Shown here piece after piece: positions 19,704 to 29,542 of a stretch of 64,000 nt of DNA. Numbering within the stretch: position 1 is the stretch's first letter; every line of letters starts with the position of its first letter. This DNA is from Nitrosopumilus sp. (GTDB lineage: Archaea; Thermoproteota; Nitrososphaeria; Nitrososphaerales; Nitrosopumilaceae): NCBI GenBank assembly GCA_965205215.1, contig OZ242041.1, positions 448,001 through 512,000 on the forward strand. The letters run 5' to 3'. The position numbers and the translations under genes are program-made. Below the pieces are notes generated by a model. It saw only the letters and a list, made by a program, of their open reading frames with translations, was not told the DNA's origin and made no database searches.

Positions 19704-19912
19704 GCTTGGACTCCGTCCAAAGTGTATTTAACCTTTCATGGATGCCCCCGCATGCTGCCGACACGGCAAGCGTGTACGAGGGGGCTGGCCGGCTGACGTA
19801 AGAGAAAGGACGGACTCATGCGCTCTTCCCTGCCGCCGCCCCGCCCTCCCCCCCGCAGCATGCCGCACCGGCCGACATATGACATATTTACCATGGCCGC
19901 GGCCGTTGCCAC

Positions 19913-20605
19913 ATGCAGGCACCGGGGAGGCCACTGAAGCCGCTTGACCTTACCCTCACCATATCAAAGACGCTCCCGACGTTTCCGGGCTCGCCCAGGC
20001 CGCAGTTCATAGGATGGTCCGCCCTTGACGAGGATGGATACAACCTAGAGCTGCTCCTCGCCAGTACTCATTCCGGGACGCATCTTGACGCCCCGTACCA
20101 CTTTGCAAGGGACGGGCTCAGGGTCGACCAGATCAAGCCCGAGAGGCTTGTCGGGAGGGCCGTTCTGATCAGGACTGCCGGCGCCGCGACCGCCGCGCAG
20201 CGCCGCCGCGCCATCACCAGAGACGATATCAGGGAGTTTGAGGAGTCAAGGGACGGCCGCGCAATACGGCCTGGCACGCCGGTGATATTCTATACCGGTT
20301 GGCAGGAGGGGCACCTCGGCTCCAAGGACTATTTTCTGGCAAACCCCGGAATTGACAGGTCGGCCGCAAGATACCTGGCATCAAAGGGGGTGGGGCTGGT
20401 GGGGATAGACTCTCCCAGCATAGACGTGGGGGGCGATCCTAGATTCCCGGCCCACCGCGTACTGGCAGAGGCCGGGGCCGTAATAGTGGAGAACTTGGCA
20501 AACCTTGGGAAGATACGTTCAAGCGAGTTTGACTTTGTCATACTCCCGCTAAAACTGAGGGGCGCAAGCGGCTCCCCGGTCAGGGCCCTAGCGCTCAGCA
20601 GATGA
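19913..20605 (+). CDS. Cyclase-family metal hydrolase (kynurenine formamidase-like)
   Basis: HSGTHLDAPYH, GIDSPSID, VENLANL, PLKLRGASGSPVRA. Confidence 0.92.
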   Translation: MQAPGRPLKPLDLTLTISKTLPTFPGSPRPQFIGWSALDEDGYNLELLLASTHSGTHLDAPYHFARDGLRVDQIKPERLVGRAVLIRTAGAATAAQRRRAITRDDIREFEESRDGRAIRPGTPVIFYTGWQEGHLGSKDYFLANPGIDRSAARYLASKGVGLVGIDSPSIDVGGDPRFPAHRVLAEAGAVIVENLANLGKIRSSEFDFVILPLKLRGASGSPVRALALSR

Positions 20606-20699
20606 TGCGCGGCGGAGGGGGGGCGGGGCGCGTGCACCGTAGCAGTAGCAGCAGCAGGGCCGGCAAGATAAAAATGAGCCGTCCCCTGCCGTACGCGCG

Positions 20700-21233
20700 A
20701 TGAGCAGGCCGGGAAACATGTGGAGAAAGGTACACGGACGCATCACGAAAAGACCGACCAACTTTTCATGGGTGGTTGACGGCAGGCTTGCAGGCTCGGG
20801 CAGGCCTACAAGCCGGGACGAGCTTGACTGGGCGGTAGGCTCACAGGGCATAAAGTGCATAGTTACAATGACTGAGGACCCGCTGCCTCCGCAATGGATA
20901 GCGTCCTCGGGCACGAGGTACCTGCACGTTCCAACCCCGGACCTTACGGCCCCGGACCATGGGCGCCTGAACGACGCGGCCGACTTTATCGACGCGCAGA
21001 TCAGGGAGGGCCGCCCCGTAATGGTGCACTGCGCGGCAGGGCTGGGCAGGGCGGGGACCGTCCTTGCCTGTTATCTGATTAAATACGGGGACCGTACCGC
21101 CGAGCAGGCCATACGCGAGATCAGGGAGAAGAGGCCTGGCTCCATCCAGTCGGCAGAACAGGAGACCGCGGTGGCCTTTTTTGCAAGGCAGCATGCAGGC
21201 CCCGACGGGCGTGACGACGGGGAGCAACCGTGA
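20700..21233 (+). CDS. Dual-specificity protein phosphatase
   Basis: VHCAAGLGRAGT CX5R motif, RPGSIQ. Confidence 0.92.
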   Translation: MSRPGNMWRKVHGRITKRPTNFSWVVDGRLAGSGRPTSRDELDWAVGSQGIKCIVTMTEDPLPPQWIASSGTRYLHVPTPDLTAPDHGRLNDAADFIDAQIREGRPVMVHCAAGLGRAGTVLACYLIKYGDRTAEQAIREIREKRPGSIQSAEQETAVAFFARQHAGPDGRDDGEQP

Positions 21234-21284
21234 CCAACTACTGATGCAATCATGCCAGATCTGGCTGCTGCCCGGCGCGGCCGC

Positions 21285-21449
21285 TTAGTCTTCTGCAAAC
21301 TCTGCCACGAGCCCGCCGTCGCCTGCTATGCTGATGTAGAGCGTCTTGCCGTTCTGAAAGACAAGTGTCAGCCTGCCACCACCGTCGCCGTCCTCCGGGT
21401 CAATGACCTTTACCAGCTCCTGCATCTTTATCGGATCAAACTTTTCCAT
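21285..21449 (-). CDS. 54-aa hypothetical microprotein (not in ORF track)
   Basis: Hand-translated MEKFDPIKMQELVKVIDPEDGDGGGRLTLVFQNGKTLYISIAGDGGLVAEFAED*; coding-like codon usage; GGAGG upstream. Confidence 0.7.
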   Translation of the reverse strand: MEKFDPIKMQELVKVIDPEDGDGGGRLTLVFQNGKTLYISIAGDGGLVAEFAED

Positions 21450-21464
21450 TGTACAGCCTCCGCG

Positions 21465-21617
21465 TCACTCCGGTATCGAGATCGTGTCTATCTTGCCGTC
21501 CCTTGCCTTTATGAAGAGGAACCTGTTGTCCTTGAAGATGAACGTGATTCCGCCCTCCTTGTCGGGCTCTTCGACCTCTAGCACGGGCTGTCCCAGCAGT
21601 CCGTCGTACTTTGCCAT
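21465..21617 (-). CDS. 50-aa hypothetical microprotein, paralog of the neighbour (not in ORF track)
   Basis: Hand-translated MAKYDGLLGQPVLEVEEPDKEGGITFIFKDNRFLFIKARDGKIDTISIPE*. Confidence 0.75.
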   Translation of the reverse strand: MAKYDGLLGQPVLEVEEPDKEGGITFIFKDNRFLFIKARDGKIDTISIPE

Positions 21618-21648
21618 GCGTCACGCTCCTGCAGAGTTCCTTATATCC

Positions 21649-22194
21649 CTAATTGAGAATCGTAATCTCGATTCCATCCGAGTCGTTCTTTATGCTTCCT
21701 GCCTCGGTATACTGGTGCTTTTGCCACGACGCGTACACCTCGGCGCCTATCCTGTGCGTGCCCCCGCCTCCCAGCTCCGACGGCTTTATGACGAACGTCT
21801 CTGCAAAGTCGAACAGCTCGCCCCGGACCTCCTCCTCCGACAGCCTGATGTACGGCTTGAAGTTCTTTGCCACCTGGACCCATATGCGCTTGTCCTTCAT
21901 GGGGTTGACCAGCTTTGGGTTTCTGGTCCAGAATATGGACGCCTTGCGGTAGGTGTCGACGGGCCTTCCCACCGCCTTCTTTCTAAAGCCGCCTGCCGTG
22001 ACCAGCCTTGCGCCGTACTTGAGCTTGAATGAGACGTCGTTTGCCTCGTAGGCCTTGGTCCAGTCGCCCTCGTTGAAGGCGTTCCTGATCCCTCCCTGTA
22101 TGGAGAACTCTGCCGTTATCTCGACGTTCTCGCCGGGGGAGTATTCGGCCTTGGGCGACGTCAGCGTTACCTCCGAGAACCTGCTCTCTGCCAT
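21649..22194 (-). CDS. Conserved hypothetical protein
   Basis: 181-aa ORF from ATG 22194 with natural composition; TATA-like ATAAAG upstream. Confidence 0.75.
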   Translation of the reverse strand: MAESRFSEVTLTSPKAEYSPGENVEITAEFSIQGGIRNAFNEGDWTKAYEANDVSFKLKYGARLVTAGGFRKKAVGRPVDTYRKASIFWTRNPKLVNPMKDKRIWVQVAKNFKPYIRLSEEEVRGELFDFAETFVIKPSELGGGGTHRIGAEVYASWQKHQYTEAGSIKNDSDGIEITILN

Positions 22195-22583
22195 CCGACT
22201 GCGGTGTGCGCGTCCCTGCTTTATGTGTGCGTTGCGGGCGCGCATGACACCCACGCTAGGGAATAGTTGACATCCGAGTCAAGATCACTTGATCAGTTCA
22301 GTGGGGCGTGCGTGTAGGATGATGATGACGACCTTTGGCGCCGCATGGACTCAGATCCCCTGAAAGTTCGTGCCTGCCATCCCGCATCCTCAGACTTCGC
22401 GGGCAGAATACGAGTCCGGCCACCGTCACCCCCCCTGCGCAACACGCACGAGTTATGGGATTCCAGCACCCGATAAGACGGATCATAGCAGGCCGGTTCG
22501 TGGGGCGGTGGTGGTGGACTTTGCCATGTGTTCGGCCCCGGCGGCGACGTGAACTTATATACTGTATATTGAAATGATGTACC

Positions 22584-23852
22584 ATGAAACTTTTAGGTGT
22601 CCCAACACCCGTGGTGTGCGCAGTTGTTGCGGCCGCGGCGGTTCTTTCCATCGGCGGTGTGACGGCCGAGGACGGCCTGTTCGTGCACGACACTTCTGCC
22701 CAGACCGTCGGCGGCGAGATCAAGATCGCATTTCTAAGCGACTTTGAGCACAAGGGCGTCTTTGAATATGCCGTGAGTGAGTATAACCGTGAGCAGGCCG
22801 CCATAACCTCGTCAAACTATCAGATCGTAAGCAAGGTGGTCGACGTGCCGCTTGGCAATTCTAGTATCACGACTTACATACAGGACTTGGAGAGAGAGGG
22901 CTTCAAGTACTTTATAGGCCCGCTGGCCAGCTCGTCTGCAGAAGCGGCAAAGGTGTACACTGACTCCACAGACGACCTCGTACTGCTGTCCCCGTCCTCT
23001 ACTGCGGCCTCCCTTGCCATCGAAGACGACAGCCTGTTCAGGCTGGTGCCAAGCGACGACGCGCAGGTTCCAGTAATCGTGGACCGAATACAGAGCCAAG
23101 GCAAGGAGCACGTGGTGCTCATATACAGGAACGACACGTGGGGGGTGGGCCTGCATGACATCATAACCCGCGACTTTGCGGTGGCCGATACGATCCTGCT
23201 CAGTCCCGACGGCTCAAACGCGGCCGCAGTGGCGACGGAGGCGGCGGCACAGGTGGGCGGGCTCGTCTCGTCCCACGGCGCGGACAACGTCGCGGTATTG
23301 CTGCTGTCGTTTGACACGGACACCGTTGCGCTTGTACAACACATTACGTCCGATGCGGCGCTGGCCAGTACGCTTGGCGGCGTGCAGTGGTACGGCGCCG
23401 ATGGCACGGCGGAGCAGAGCGAGCTCGTCGACGATCAGGACGTTGCGGCATTCTTGTCATCAGTCAGCTTTGTCTCATCCAAGTTCGAGGTAGCCCCGAA
23501 TCCCATAAACCTCAGGATTGGCGCACAGGCGTTTGGCGACGACGCGACGTACGGGGACAACCTGTACGACGCGGTCTTCCTGCTAGCCGACACGGTAATC
23601 ATACACGGCGAGGAGCTTGCCACGGACCCCGACTCCACCGTAAGGTCGCTGGTACTTGACGTGGCGGCCGGGCTGCGCGGCCACGACCACCACCACTCCT
23701 CAAGGACCGTCGGCGACGGCGCGCTCGGACCATATGAGCTCAACGCGGCCGGCGACATGTCGTCCCCGCTCACGTTCGAGCAGTTCGGAATATTTGAAAA
23801 CTCCGACGGGTCGTTTGAGTGGCGCATCATAAAGACAACCGTGTGCCGCTGA
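22584..23852 (+). CDS. Type I periplasmic/extracellular ligand-binding protein (LivJ/ANF receptor-like)
   Basis: Signal peptide, FIGPLASSS, LSPSSTA..L, SLFRLVPSD, YRNDTWG, YDAV.LLA, LN..GD. Confidence 0.88.
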   Translation: MKLLGVPTPVVCAVVAAAAVLSIGGVTAEDGLFVHDTSAQTVGGEIKIAFLSDFEHKGVFEYAVSEYNREQAAITSSNYQIVSKVVDVPLGNSSITTYIQDLEREGFKYFIGPLASSSAEAAKVYTDSTDDLVLLSPSSTAASLAIEDDSLFRLVPSDDAQVPVIVDRIQSQGKEHVVLIYRNDTWGVGLHDIITRDFAVADTILLSPDGSNAAAVATEAAAQVGGLVSSHGADNVAVLLLSFDTDTVALVQHITSDAALASTLGGVQWYGADGTAEQSELVDDQDVAAFLSSVSFVSSKFEVAPNPINLRIGAQAFGDDATYGDNLYDAVFLLADTVIIHGEELATDPDSTVRSLVLDVAAGLRGHDHHHSSRTVGDGALGPYELNAAGDMSSPLTFEQFGIFENSDGSFEWRIIKTTVCR

Positions 23853-23908
23853 CCCTCGGCCTCTGCTGCAGGGTTGATTTATATCCATAACTGGCACGGC
23901 GCAGTCAC

Positions 23909-24187
23909 ATGAAGGCCCATGTGGTAAGCTCGGAGCCCAAGGAGGTCAACCTGTCAATCGCGGAGGCCGATATCGGAATCCTGTACATAATACAGCACGA
24001 GCTTCTCAAGGCGGCCGGAACCAGCTTTGCAGGCGTCATAGTAAAGCATCCGCTCACGAACGAGTGCTGGATGAAGGTCGGCTCGTCCTCGGCGCCGCTG
24101 GCCGAGATCCAAAAGGCGGCCGAGTCCGCGATAAAGACGGCCGCGGGCCTCAAGGATCTCTTCTATTCCACAGTCAAGGTCGAATGA
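23909..24187 (+). CDS. rpoL: DNA-directed RNA polymerase subunit L (Rpo11)
   Basis: FAGVIVKHPL motif; upstream of tfs and PCNA. Confidence 0.85.
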   Translation: MKAHVVSSEPKEVNLSIAEADIGILYIIQHELLKAAGTSFAGVIVKHPLTNECWMKVGSSSAPLAEIQKAAESAIKTAAGLKDLFYSTVKVE

Positions 24188-24188
24188 G

Positions 24189-24530
24189 TTGAAGTTCTGC
24201 CCCACATGCGAGGTGAAGATGAGGCGCGGCGCGGACGGCCTGATCTGCCCGAAATGCGGGCATGCCAACGCGCAGGGCGGGGAACCAGCGGCTCCGGCCT
24301 CCTCTGCCGCTGCCGCCGACAGCGGCGACGGCGCTCAGGGTGTTGTCGGCCTGAACGTCTTTGATGATTCAGACGAGGACGAGTCGCGCCCCACGATCAA
24401 GATAGAGTGCGAAAAGTGCGGAAACGACGAGGCCGTATGGTGGATGCTGCAGACCCGTAGCGCCGACGAGCCCACCACGCAGTTCTACCGCTGCACGAAA
24501 TGCCAGTACACTTGGCGCGACTATTCGTGA
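24189..24530 (+). CDS. tfs: Transcription factor S
   Basis: MKFCPTC...CPKC, CEKCGN...LQTRSADEPTTQFYRCTKC. Confidence 0.95.
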   Translation: MKFCPTCEVKMRRGADGLICPKCGHANAQGGEPAAPASSAAAADSGDGAQGVVGLNVFDDSDEDESRPTIKIECEKCGNDEAVWWMLQTRSADEPTTQFYRCTKCQYTWRDYS

Positions 24531-24649
24531 CCGCGCCACGCGATGCGGGGGCGCCAGCCCGGGCAACCCCCGCGCCCCGCCGCCCCTGCCACCGCCGCCG
24601 AGCTCCAGCAGCATGATTTTTAATGAAGCATTACGGCGCCCAAGTCAAC

Positions 24650-25435
24650 TTGACTTTTACTGCAAAGACAAGCGGCTCAGACGACCTCAAGACCATCATA
24701 TCTGCGATATCCACGCTAGTCGAGGAGGCCACCTTTGACGCCACGGCCGAGGGAATCACGTTCCGCGGAATGGATCCGTCCCACGTGGCGCTGATAGACA
24801 TCTCGTGGCCCAACTCTGCCTTTGAAAAGTACGAGTGCGACAGCGACATAAAGTTCGGCGTCCGCATCGACGAGTTCTCCAAGATAATAAAGAGGGCCGA
24901 CAAGAAGGACAGCATCGACATCAGCATCTCCGATGACAACAAGCTGCTAGTTACGGTCGGCCGCAACAAAAAGTACAGGATACGGCTGATAGAGAGCTCT
25001 GCAACCGACACGCCGCTCCCCAAGATACCTTACGACACCAAGATCGTGGTCCCCACCACAAAGTTTGACAAGGTGCTCGGCGACGTGCAGGTGGTCTCCG
25101 AGTACCTGACGATCCGCGTCGCGGGCAACGTAGTGGAATTTTCCGGCAAGGGCGACTCAGGCGAGGTCGCGATAGAACTGGGAGTGTCCGGCTCGCGCGA
25201 CTCCGGAAGCGACGACGCAAACTCCTCGGATAACATAATCGAGGAGGTAGAGACCAAGACGGAGAGCACCGGAACCTACTCGCTGGAGTACCTCAATCCG
25301 GTCATAAAGGCCGTCGGGAGTGCCACGTCCCGCGTGACGTGCGAGTTCTCATCTGCAAAGCCGCTCAGGCTCGAGTGCAAGATTGCAAACATAGGCAGGA
25401 TCCACTTTTACTTGGCCCCGCGGGTCGAGGGTTAA
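24650..25435 (+). CDS. pcn: DNA polymerase sliding clamp (PCNA)
   Basis: LVEEATF, GMDPSHVALID, YSLEYL, FYLAPRVE; TTG start inferred. Confidence 0.95.
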   Translation: MTFTAKTSGSDDLKTIISAISTLVEEATFDATAEGITFRGMDPSHVALIDISWPNSAFEKYECDSDIKFGVRIDEFSKIIKRADKKDSIDISISDDNKLLVTVGRNKKYRIRLIESSATDTPLPKIPYDTKIVVPTTKFDKVLGDVQVVSEYLTIRVAGNVVEFSGKGDSGEVAIELGVSGSRDSGSDDANSSDNIIEEVETKTESTGTYSLEYLNPVIKAVGSATSRVTCEFSSAKPLRLECKIANIGRIHFYLAPRVEG

Positions 25436-25467
25436 AGCATTTTAAGGCTGCAACCGGCCGATGTGAC

Positions 25468-26883
25468 ATGCGGGAGCAGCTGCTCGTCCTCAAGTACGAC
25501 GGGGCGTCAATCACGTCTGCAAAAGACATACGCAACATGGCCGCATATGTCGCCGGACTCTCGGGTAACAGCCGGCTTGTCGTGGTGTGCTCTGCGACGG
25601 GCGGCACCACGGACACCCTGCTGAGCATTGCAGACTCGATCAAGAGGGGCGACAAGAGGCCGGCAGAGCGCCTGGCATCCGGCATGATCAGGAGACACAG
25701 GCGCCTGGCAGTCCAAGTGGCGGGGAAGGCGTCTGTCCAGAAGAGGATGCTTGCCGCCATTGATTCGGACTCTGCGGAGCTGATGGCGCTCATCGACGGC
25801 ATGGTGTTGCTCGGCGAGGTGACGCCGGGCATGATGGACTACATGCTGTCGTTCGGGGAGAGGCTGTCAGTCAAGCTGGTTGCGGGGGCCATATCAGACC
25901 GCCGCGGGGTGCGCGCAGTACCGCTTACCGGCAAGGAGGCCGGGATCGTAACCGACTCCGAGTTCGGCCAGGCGAGGCCGCTGATGGACACCACCCGCCT
26001 GCGGGTTGCAAAGACCCTCGGCGCCGCCATGTCCGACGGCGTGATTCCTGTGGTGGGCGGCTTTGTGGGCGCCGACCAGCACGGCCGGTTCACGACGCTT
26101 GGCAGGGGCGGCTCTGACTATACGGCCACCATAATAGGCTCATGCATAGGGGCCGACGAGATCTGGCTCATGGGGGAGGTGGACGGCCTTCTGACCGCCG
26201 ATCCGAGCCTCGTGCGCGATGCGAGGACCCTCAGGCACGTCTCGTACGTGGAGGCAGTCGAGATGGCGCTCTTTGAGGCAAAGCAGATACACCCGCGCAC
26301 GTTTGAGCCAGTCCTGGCGCGGGAGATTCCGATGCGCATACGCAGCTCAAGAAACACCGGGGATCCCGGCACGCTGGTCACCGCCTCGCCGCCGCCCACG
26401 GTCAGGAACACCGTAAAGTGCGTAAGCCGCATCAGGGACAGCGGCCTGGTGGACATACAGGGGGGGAGCATGGTGGGGACGCCCGGCACGGCGGCCCGGA
26501 TATTTGCCACGCTGGCGGAGGCCGGAATCAACGTGATGATGATATCGCAGAACCCGTCGGAGTCGAGCATTACCATAGTGGTCCGGGACTCGGATCTGGA
26601 CAGGGCCGTAAGCTCGCTGGAGCTGAAACTGCTGGGCAAGATAATCAAGAGGCTGGAGGTCACCACCAACATGTCGATCGTGGCGCTCATCGGGTCCGGG
26701 ATGCGCGGCACTGTCGGCGTGGCCTCCAAGGTCTTCGAGTCGATGGGCCGCGCCGGGATCAACGTGGCCATGATAACCCAAGGGTCGTCTGAGCTGAATC
26801 TTGCATTTGTGGTGCGCAACGAGGACGCGGACGGCGCCGTGCGGGCCCTGCACGACATGTTCGGGCTTGGAAGGGCAGGCTGA
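25468..26883 (+). CDS. lysC: Aspartate kinase with two ACT domains (motif-variant; see findings)
   Basis: SFGERLS, TTLGRGGSDYTA, DGLLTADP, GTLV, ACT repeats (ISQNPSESSI, QGSSELNL). Confidence 0.9.
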   Translation: MREQLLVLKYDGASITSAKDIRNMAAYVAGLSGNSRLVVVCSATGGTTDTLLSIADSIKRGDKRPAERLASGMIRRHRRLAVQVAGKASVQKRMLAAIDSDSAELMALIDGMVLLGEVTPGMMDYMLSFGERLSVKLVAGAISDRRGVRAVPLTGKEAGIVTDSEFGQARPLMDTTRLRVAKTLGAAMSDGVIPVVGGFVGADQHGRFTTLGRGGSDYTATIIGSCIGADEIWLMGEVDGLLTADPSLVRDARTLRHVSYVEAVEMALFEAKQIHPRTFEPVLAREIPMRIRSSRNTGDPGTLVTASPPPTVRNTVKCVSRIRDSGLVDIQGGSMVGTPGTAARIFATLAEAGINVMMISQNPSESSITIVVRDSDLDRAVSSLELKLLGKIIKRLEVTTNMSIVALIGSGMRGTVGVASKVFESMGRAGINVAMITQGSSELNLAFVVRNEDADGAVRALHDMFGLGRAG

Positions 26884-26891
26884 CCCCCCGG

Positions 26892-28553
26892 ATGCGGCTT
26901 TCCGCCGACGTCCAAAATCATTTATGGGAACATGCATTGGTGCGGGTATTGAGGAGATCCCTGTCCGCTGCCGTGGCCGCGGCCGCCGTAGCCGTCGTCA
27001 TATCCGGCGCGCTGTATGCGGTTCCGATGGGCGCGGTGGATCAGTTTGCAGACGCCAACACGCGCAAAAAGGTGCACTTTACAGAGACCCTCACGTCGTC
27101 GGCCGATCCCGGCATGTCTGACGCGGACCTGGTGTCTGGGCAGCCGCAGCAGCAGCAAGAGGAAAGGCACATCGCGTTCGTCCTGTCGCCCAATCCCGGC
27201 ACCATATACGACGGCTCCATGACCTTTGCGTCGAGCGCGCCGGTGGACGTGATGGTGCTCCACGCGATCACCTCAGAGGACATCCAAGACGCCGCGGACT
27301 ACGGGCTTCCTGTGTGGACTGTGGACGGGCAGACCAGGTACGCGGCCTCCGTCATTGGGACCGGTGCGGGCGCGGCCTCAGTCGAGTTTACCGGGGCGGC
27401 AGTCGCGCTGTACGGGGAGGACCGGTTTGCCGCCACCGTGAGCGTGGACGGCTGGGTGCGCGGCGAGCCCACCCCCGTGATCATGCAGACCATCTCAGTC
27501 GAGACGCCGCCCGGCGATCCGCACCTGCCGCTCTCAAGGACCAGCGTGCCCGCGGTCATACCTATGCACGAGGGCATGTACGAGGGCGACCCGCTGCTGT
27601 ACATCATAACCGACGCGGGGGACGCAGACTACGCGGCGGAGATATCAGAGGCGCAGGGATGGCGCGTGCAGCACTCACCGGTTCTGGCCCTGCCGCCCGA
27701 CTCGCCTGCCGCCCCGCTGCCGGAGTCTGTCCTGCAGCAGGTCTACGTGTTTACAAACGGGATAGAGGGCGACGGGCTGTACGGGTACCAGACCGAGGTC
27801 TTTTCGTCAACGCCTGCCGGGGCGGGGTACAGCGCGCTGAGCGAGGTCATAAAGGTGGCGTGGAAGCCAGGACAGAACGAGATCACGCTTGAGAGCGTCG
27901 ACGACATACTCAGGGAGGAGGAGGCCGGACGCGTATCACTTGGTGATGACGTGGTTATAGTAAACATGCCGCAGGTCAGGTGGCCGGGCGACGGGGGCGG
28001 CAACACTGACGGCAGCAAAGACCAGCGCCACGACCAGGCAGCTGTGCGCGGGGACGCCGACTTTTCGGGCCAGATGCCGTACGGTGGCGGCCAGATAACT
28101 GAGATTGACACGGAGAACATGACCGTGACGTTCGTGGCCCACCGCGGATGGGGCCCCGACGGGCGCACCACGTACCACATTGTGACCGGCGCGACCCCGG
28201 AGCGCCCCGCCGGCATAATAGGGGTCGAGTCCGTACCCGCGTATGCAGGTTTGGTTGACCACGCCGCCGCAGCCGATCTCTACGTCTTTGAGAACGGCGT
28301 CACGGGCTCCGGCTCCCTGGGGTTCCAGGCCCCGATATTTGGCGCCGAACCCGGGTGGCAGAACGGCACCACGTACACGCCCCTGTGGCGGGTGCATACC
28401 GTGGAGTGGAACGATCCGGCCCACGCGACCGTGCTTGAGAACGTGGCCGACATAGAGTCGTTCCGGGACGAGGGGATGCTGACGGCGGGCCTCGCGCGGC
28501 CAACCAACAGCTACTATGTGATCAACGCGCCCCTCGTAGACCCGTTCCAGTAA
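26892..28553 (+). CDS. Secreted hypothetical protein with an internal tandem domain repeat
   Basis: Signal-like N-terminus; two repeats of Y.I.T...YVF.NG..G.G..G.Q...F......Y..L..V..V.W; start uncertain. Confidence 0.75.
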   Translation: MRLSADVQNHLWEHALVRVLRRSLSAAVAAAAVAVVISGALYAVPMGAVDQFADANTRKKVHFTETLTSSADPGMSDADLVSGQPQQQQEERHIAFVLSPNPGTIYDGSMTFASSAPVDVMVLHAITSEDIQDAADYGLPVWTVDGQTRYAASVIGTGAGAASVEFTGAAVALYGEDRFAATVSVDGWVRGEPTPVIMQTISVETPPGDPHLPLSRTSVPAVIPMHEGMYEGDPLLYIITDAGDADYAAEISEAQGWRVQHSPVLALPPDSPAAPLPESVLQQVYVFTNGIEGDGLYGYQTEVFSSTPAGAGYSALSEVIKVAWKPGQNEITLESVDDILREEEAGRVSLGDDVVIVNMPQVRWPGDGGGNTDGSKDQRHDQAAVRGDADFSGQMPYGGGQITEIDTENMTVTFVAHRGWGPDGRTTYHIVTGATPERPAGIIGVESVPAYAGLVDHAAAADLYVFENGVTGSGSLGFQAPIFGAEPGWQNGTTYTPLWRVHTVEWNDPAHATVLENVADIESFRDEGMLTAGLARPTNSYYVINAPLVDPFQ

Positions 28554-28685
28554 ATTATTGGCGCGGATGCCGCCGGCCGGCCGGCGCCGCAGCCGCCCGC
28601 CCGCGCGGGATCTGCTGAAAAACATCCCCTCGATCCGCGGGGGCGGCCGCTACGGATAAATTGCGACCGGCCCCTGCGTCACTAC

Positions 28686-29477
28686 GTGGCAGGCAAGCTG
28701 TTCATAGTCGGCGTCGGGCCGGGACACCATGACCACATGACGTTTCGCGCAAAGGAGGCCATTGCCCAGAGCGACACCATCGTCGGATACGAGACGTACG
28801 TCAACCTGGTCAAGGACCTCATCGACGGCAAGACCGTATACCGGTACGCCATGACGCAGGAGGTCGAGCGGGCCCAGCAGTGCATCGACCTTGCAAGGTC
28901 CGGCAAGACCGTGTCGCTCGTGTCAAGCGGCGACCCCGGAATATACGGGATGGCGGGCCTCATATACGAGACGCTTGCCGAGTCGGGCTGGAACCCCTCC
29001 GCCAAGGACGGGGCGGCCGACCCCGAGGTGGAGATTGTCCCGGGTATATCCGCGCTGAACTCCTGCGCGTCGATAGTGGGCTCGCCCCTCATGACGGACT
29101 TTGCCGTGGTCAGCATGTCGGACCTGCTGGTCCCGTGGGAGATCATAGTAAAGCGGGTGGAGGCCGCGGCCGCGGGCGACTTTGTCCTTGTGATATATAA
29201 TCCGGCAAGCAAGCGGCGCATACACCAGCTGCAGGACACGCGTGAGATACTGCTGCGGCACCGCAAGCCGGAGACGCCCGTCGCCATAATAAAGGGCGCG
29301 TTCAGGGACTCTGAGACGGTGGTGCTGACGGATCTCCAGAGCCTTCCGGACCACTCCGACAAGCTTGGCATGATAAGCACGGTCATAGTGGGGAACTCTT
29401 CTACGTACACGTACGGCGACCTGATGATAAACCCCCGCGGCTATACGTCAAAGTACAGGCTCGGCGCGGCGTCGTGA
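28686..29477 (+). CDS. cobJ: Precorrin-3B C17-methyltransferase
   Basis: VGVGPG, VSSGDPGIYGMAG, PGISA, DFAVVSMSDLL.PW, YNPAS..R, NPRGY. Confidence 0.94.
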   Translation: MAGKLFIVGVGPGHHDHMTFRAKEAIAQSDTIVGYETYVNLVKDLIDGKTVYRYAMTQEVERAQQCIDLARSGKTVSLVSSGDPGIYGMAGLIYETLAESGWNPSAKDGAADPEVEIVPGISALNSCASIVGSPLMTDFAVVSMSDLLVPWEIIVKRVEAAAAGDFVLVIYNPASKRRIHQLQDTREILLRHRKPETPVAIIKGAFRDSETVVLTDLQSLPDHSDKLGMISTVIVGNSSTYTYGDLMINPRGYTSKYRLGAAS

Positions 29478-29542
29478 GCGACTCGAGCATTGGCGCACAG
29501 GCCGCGGCAGACAGGCAGCAGCCCCGTAATCCGCGCCGCGCG

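Noticed and set aside
22319-22364. Possible C/D-box sRNA (ATGATGA...CTGA)
   Set aside because: No convincing D'/C' boxes or terminal stem; ATGATGA is part of a GAT triplet run.
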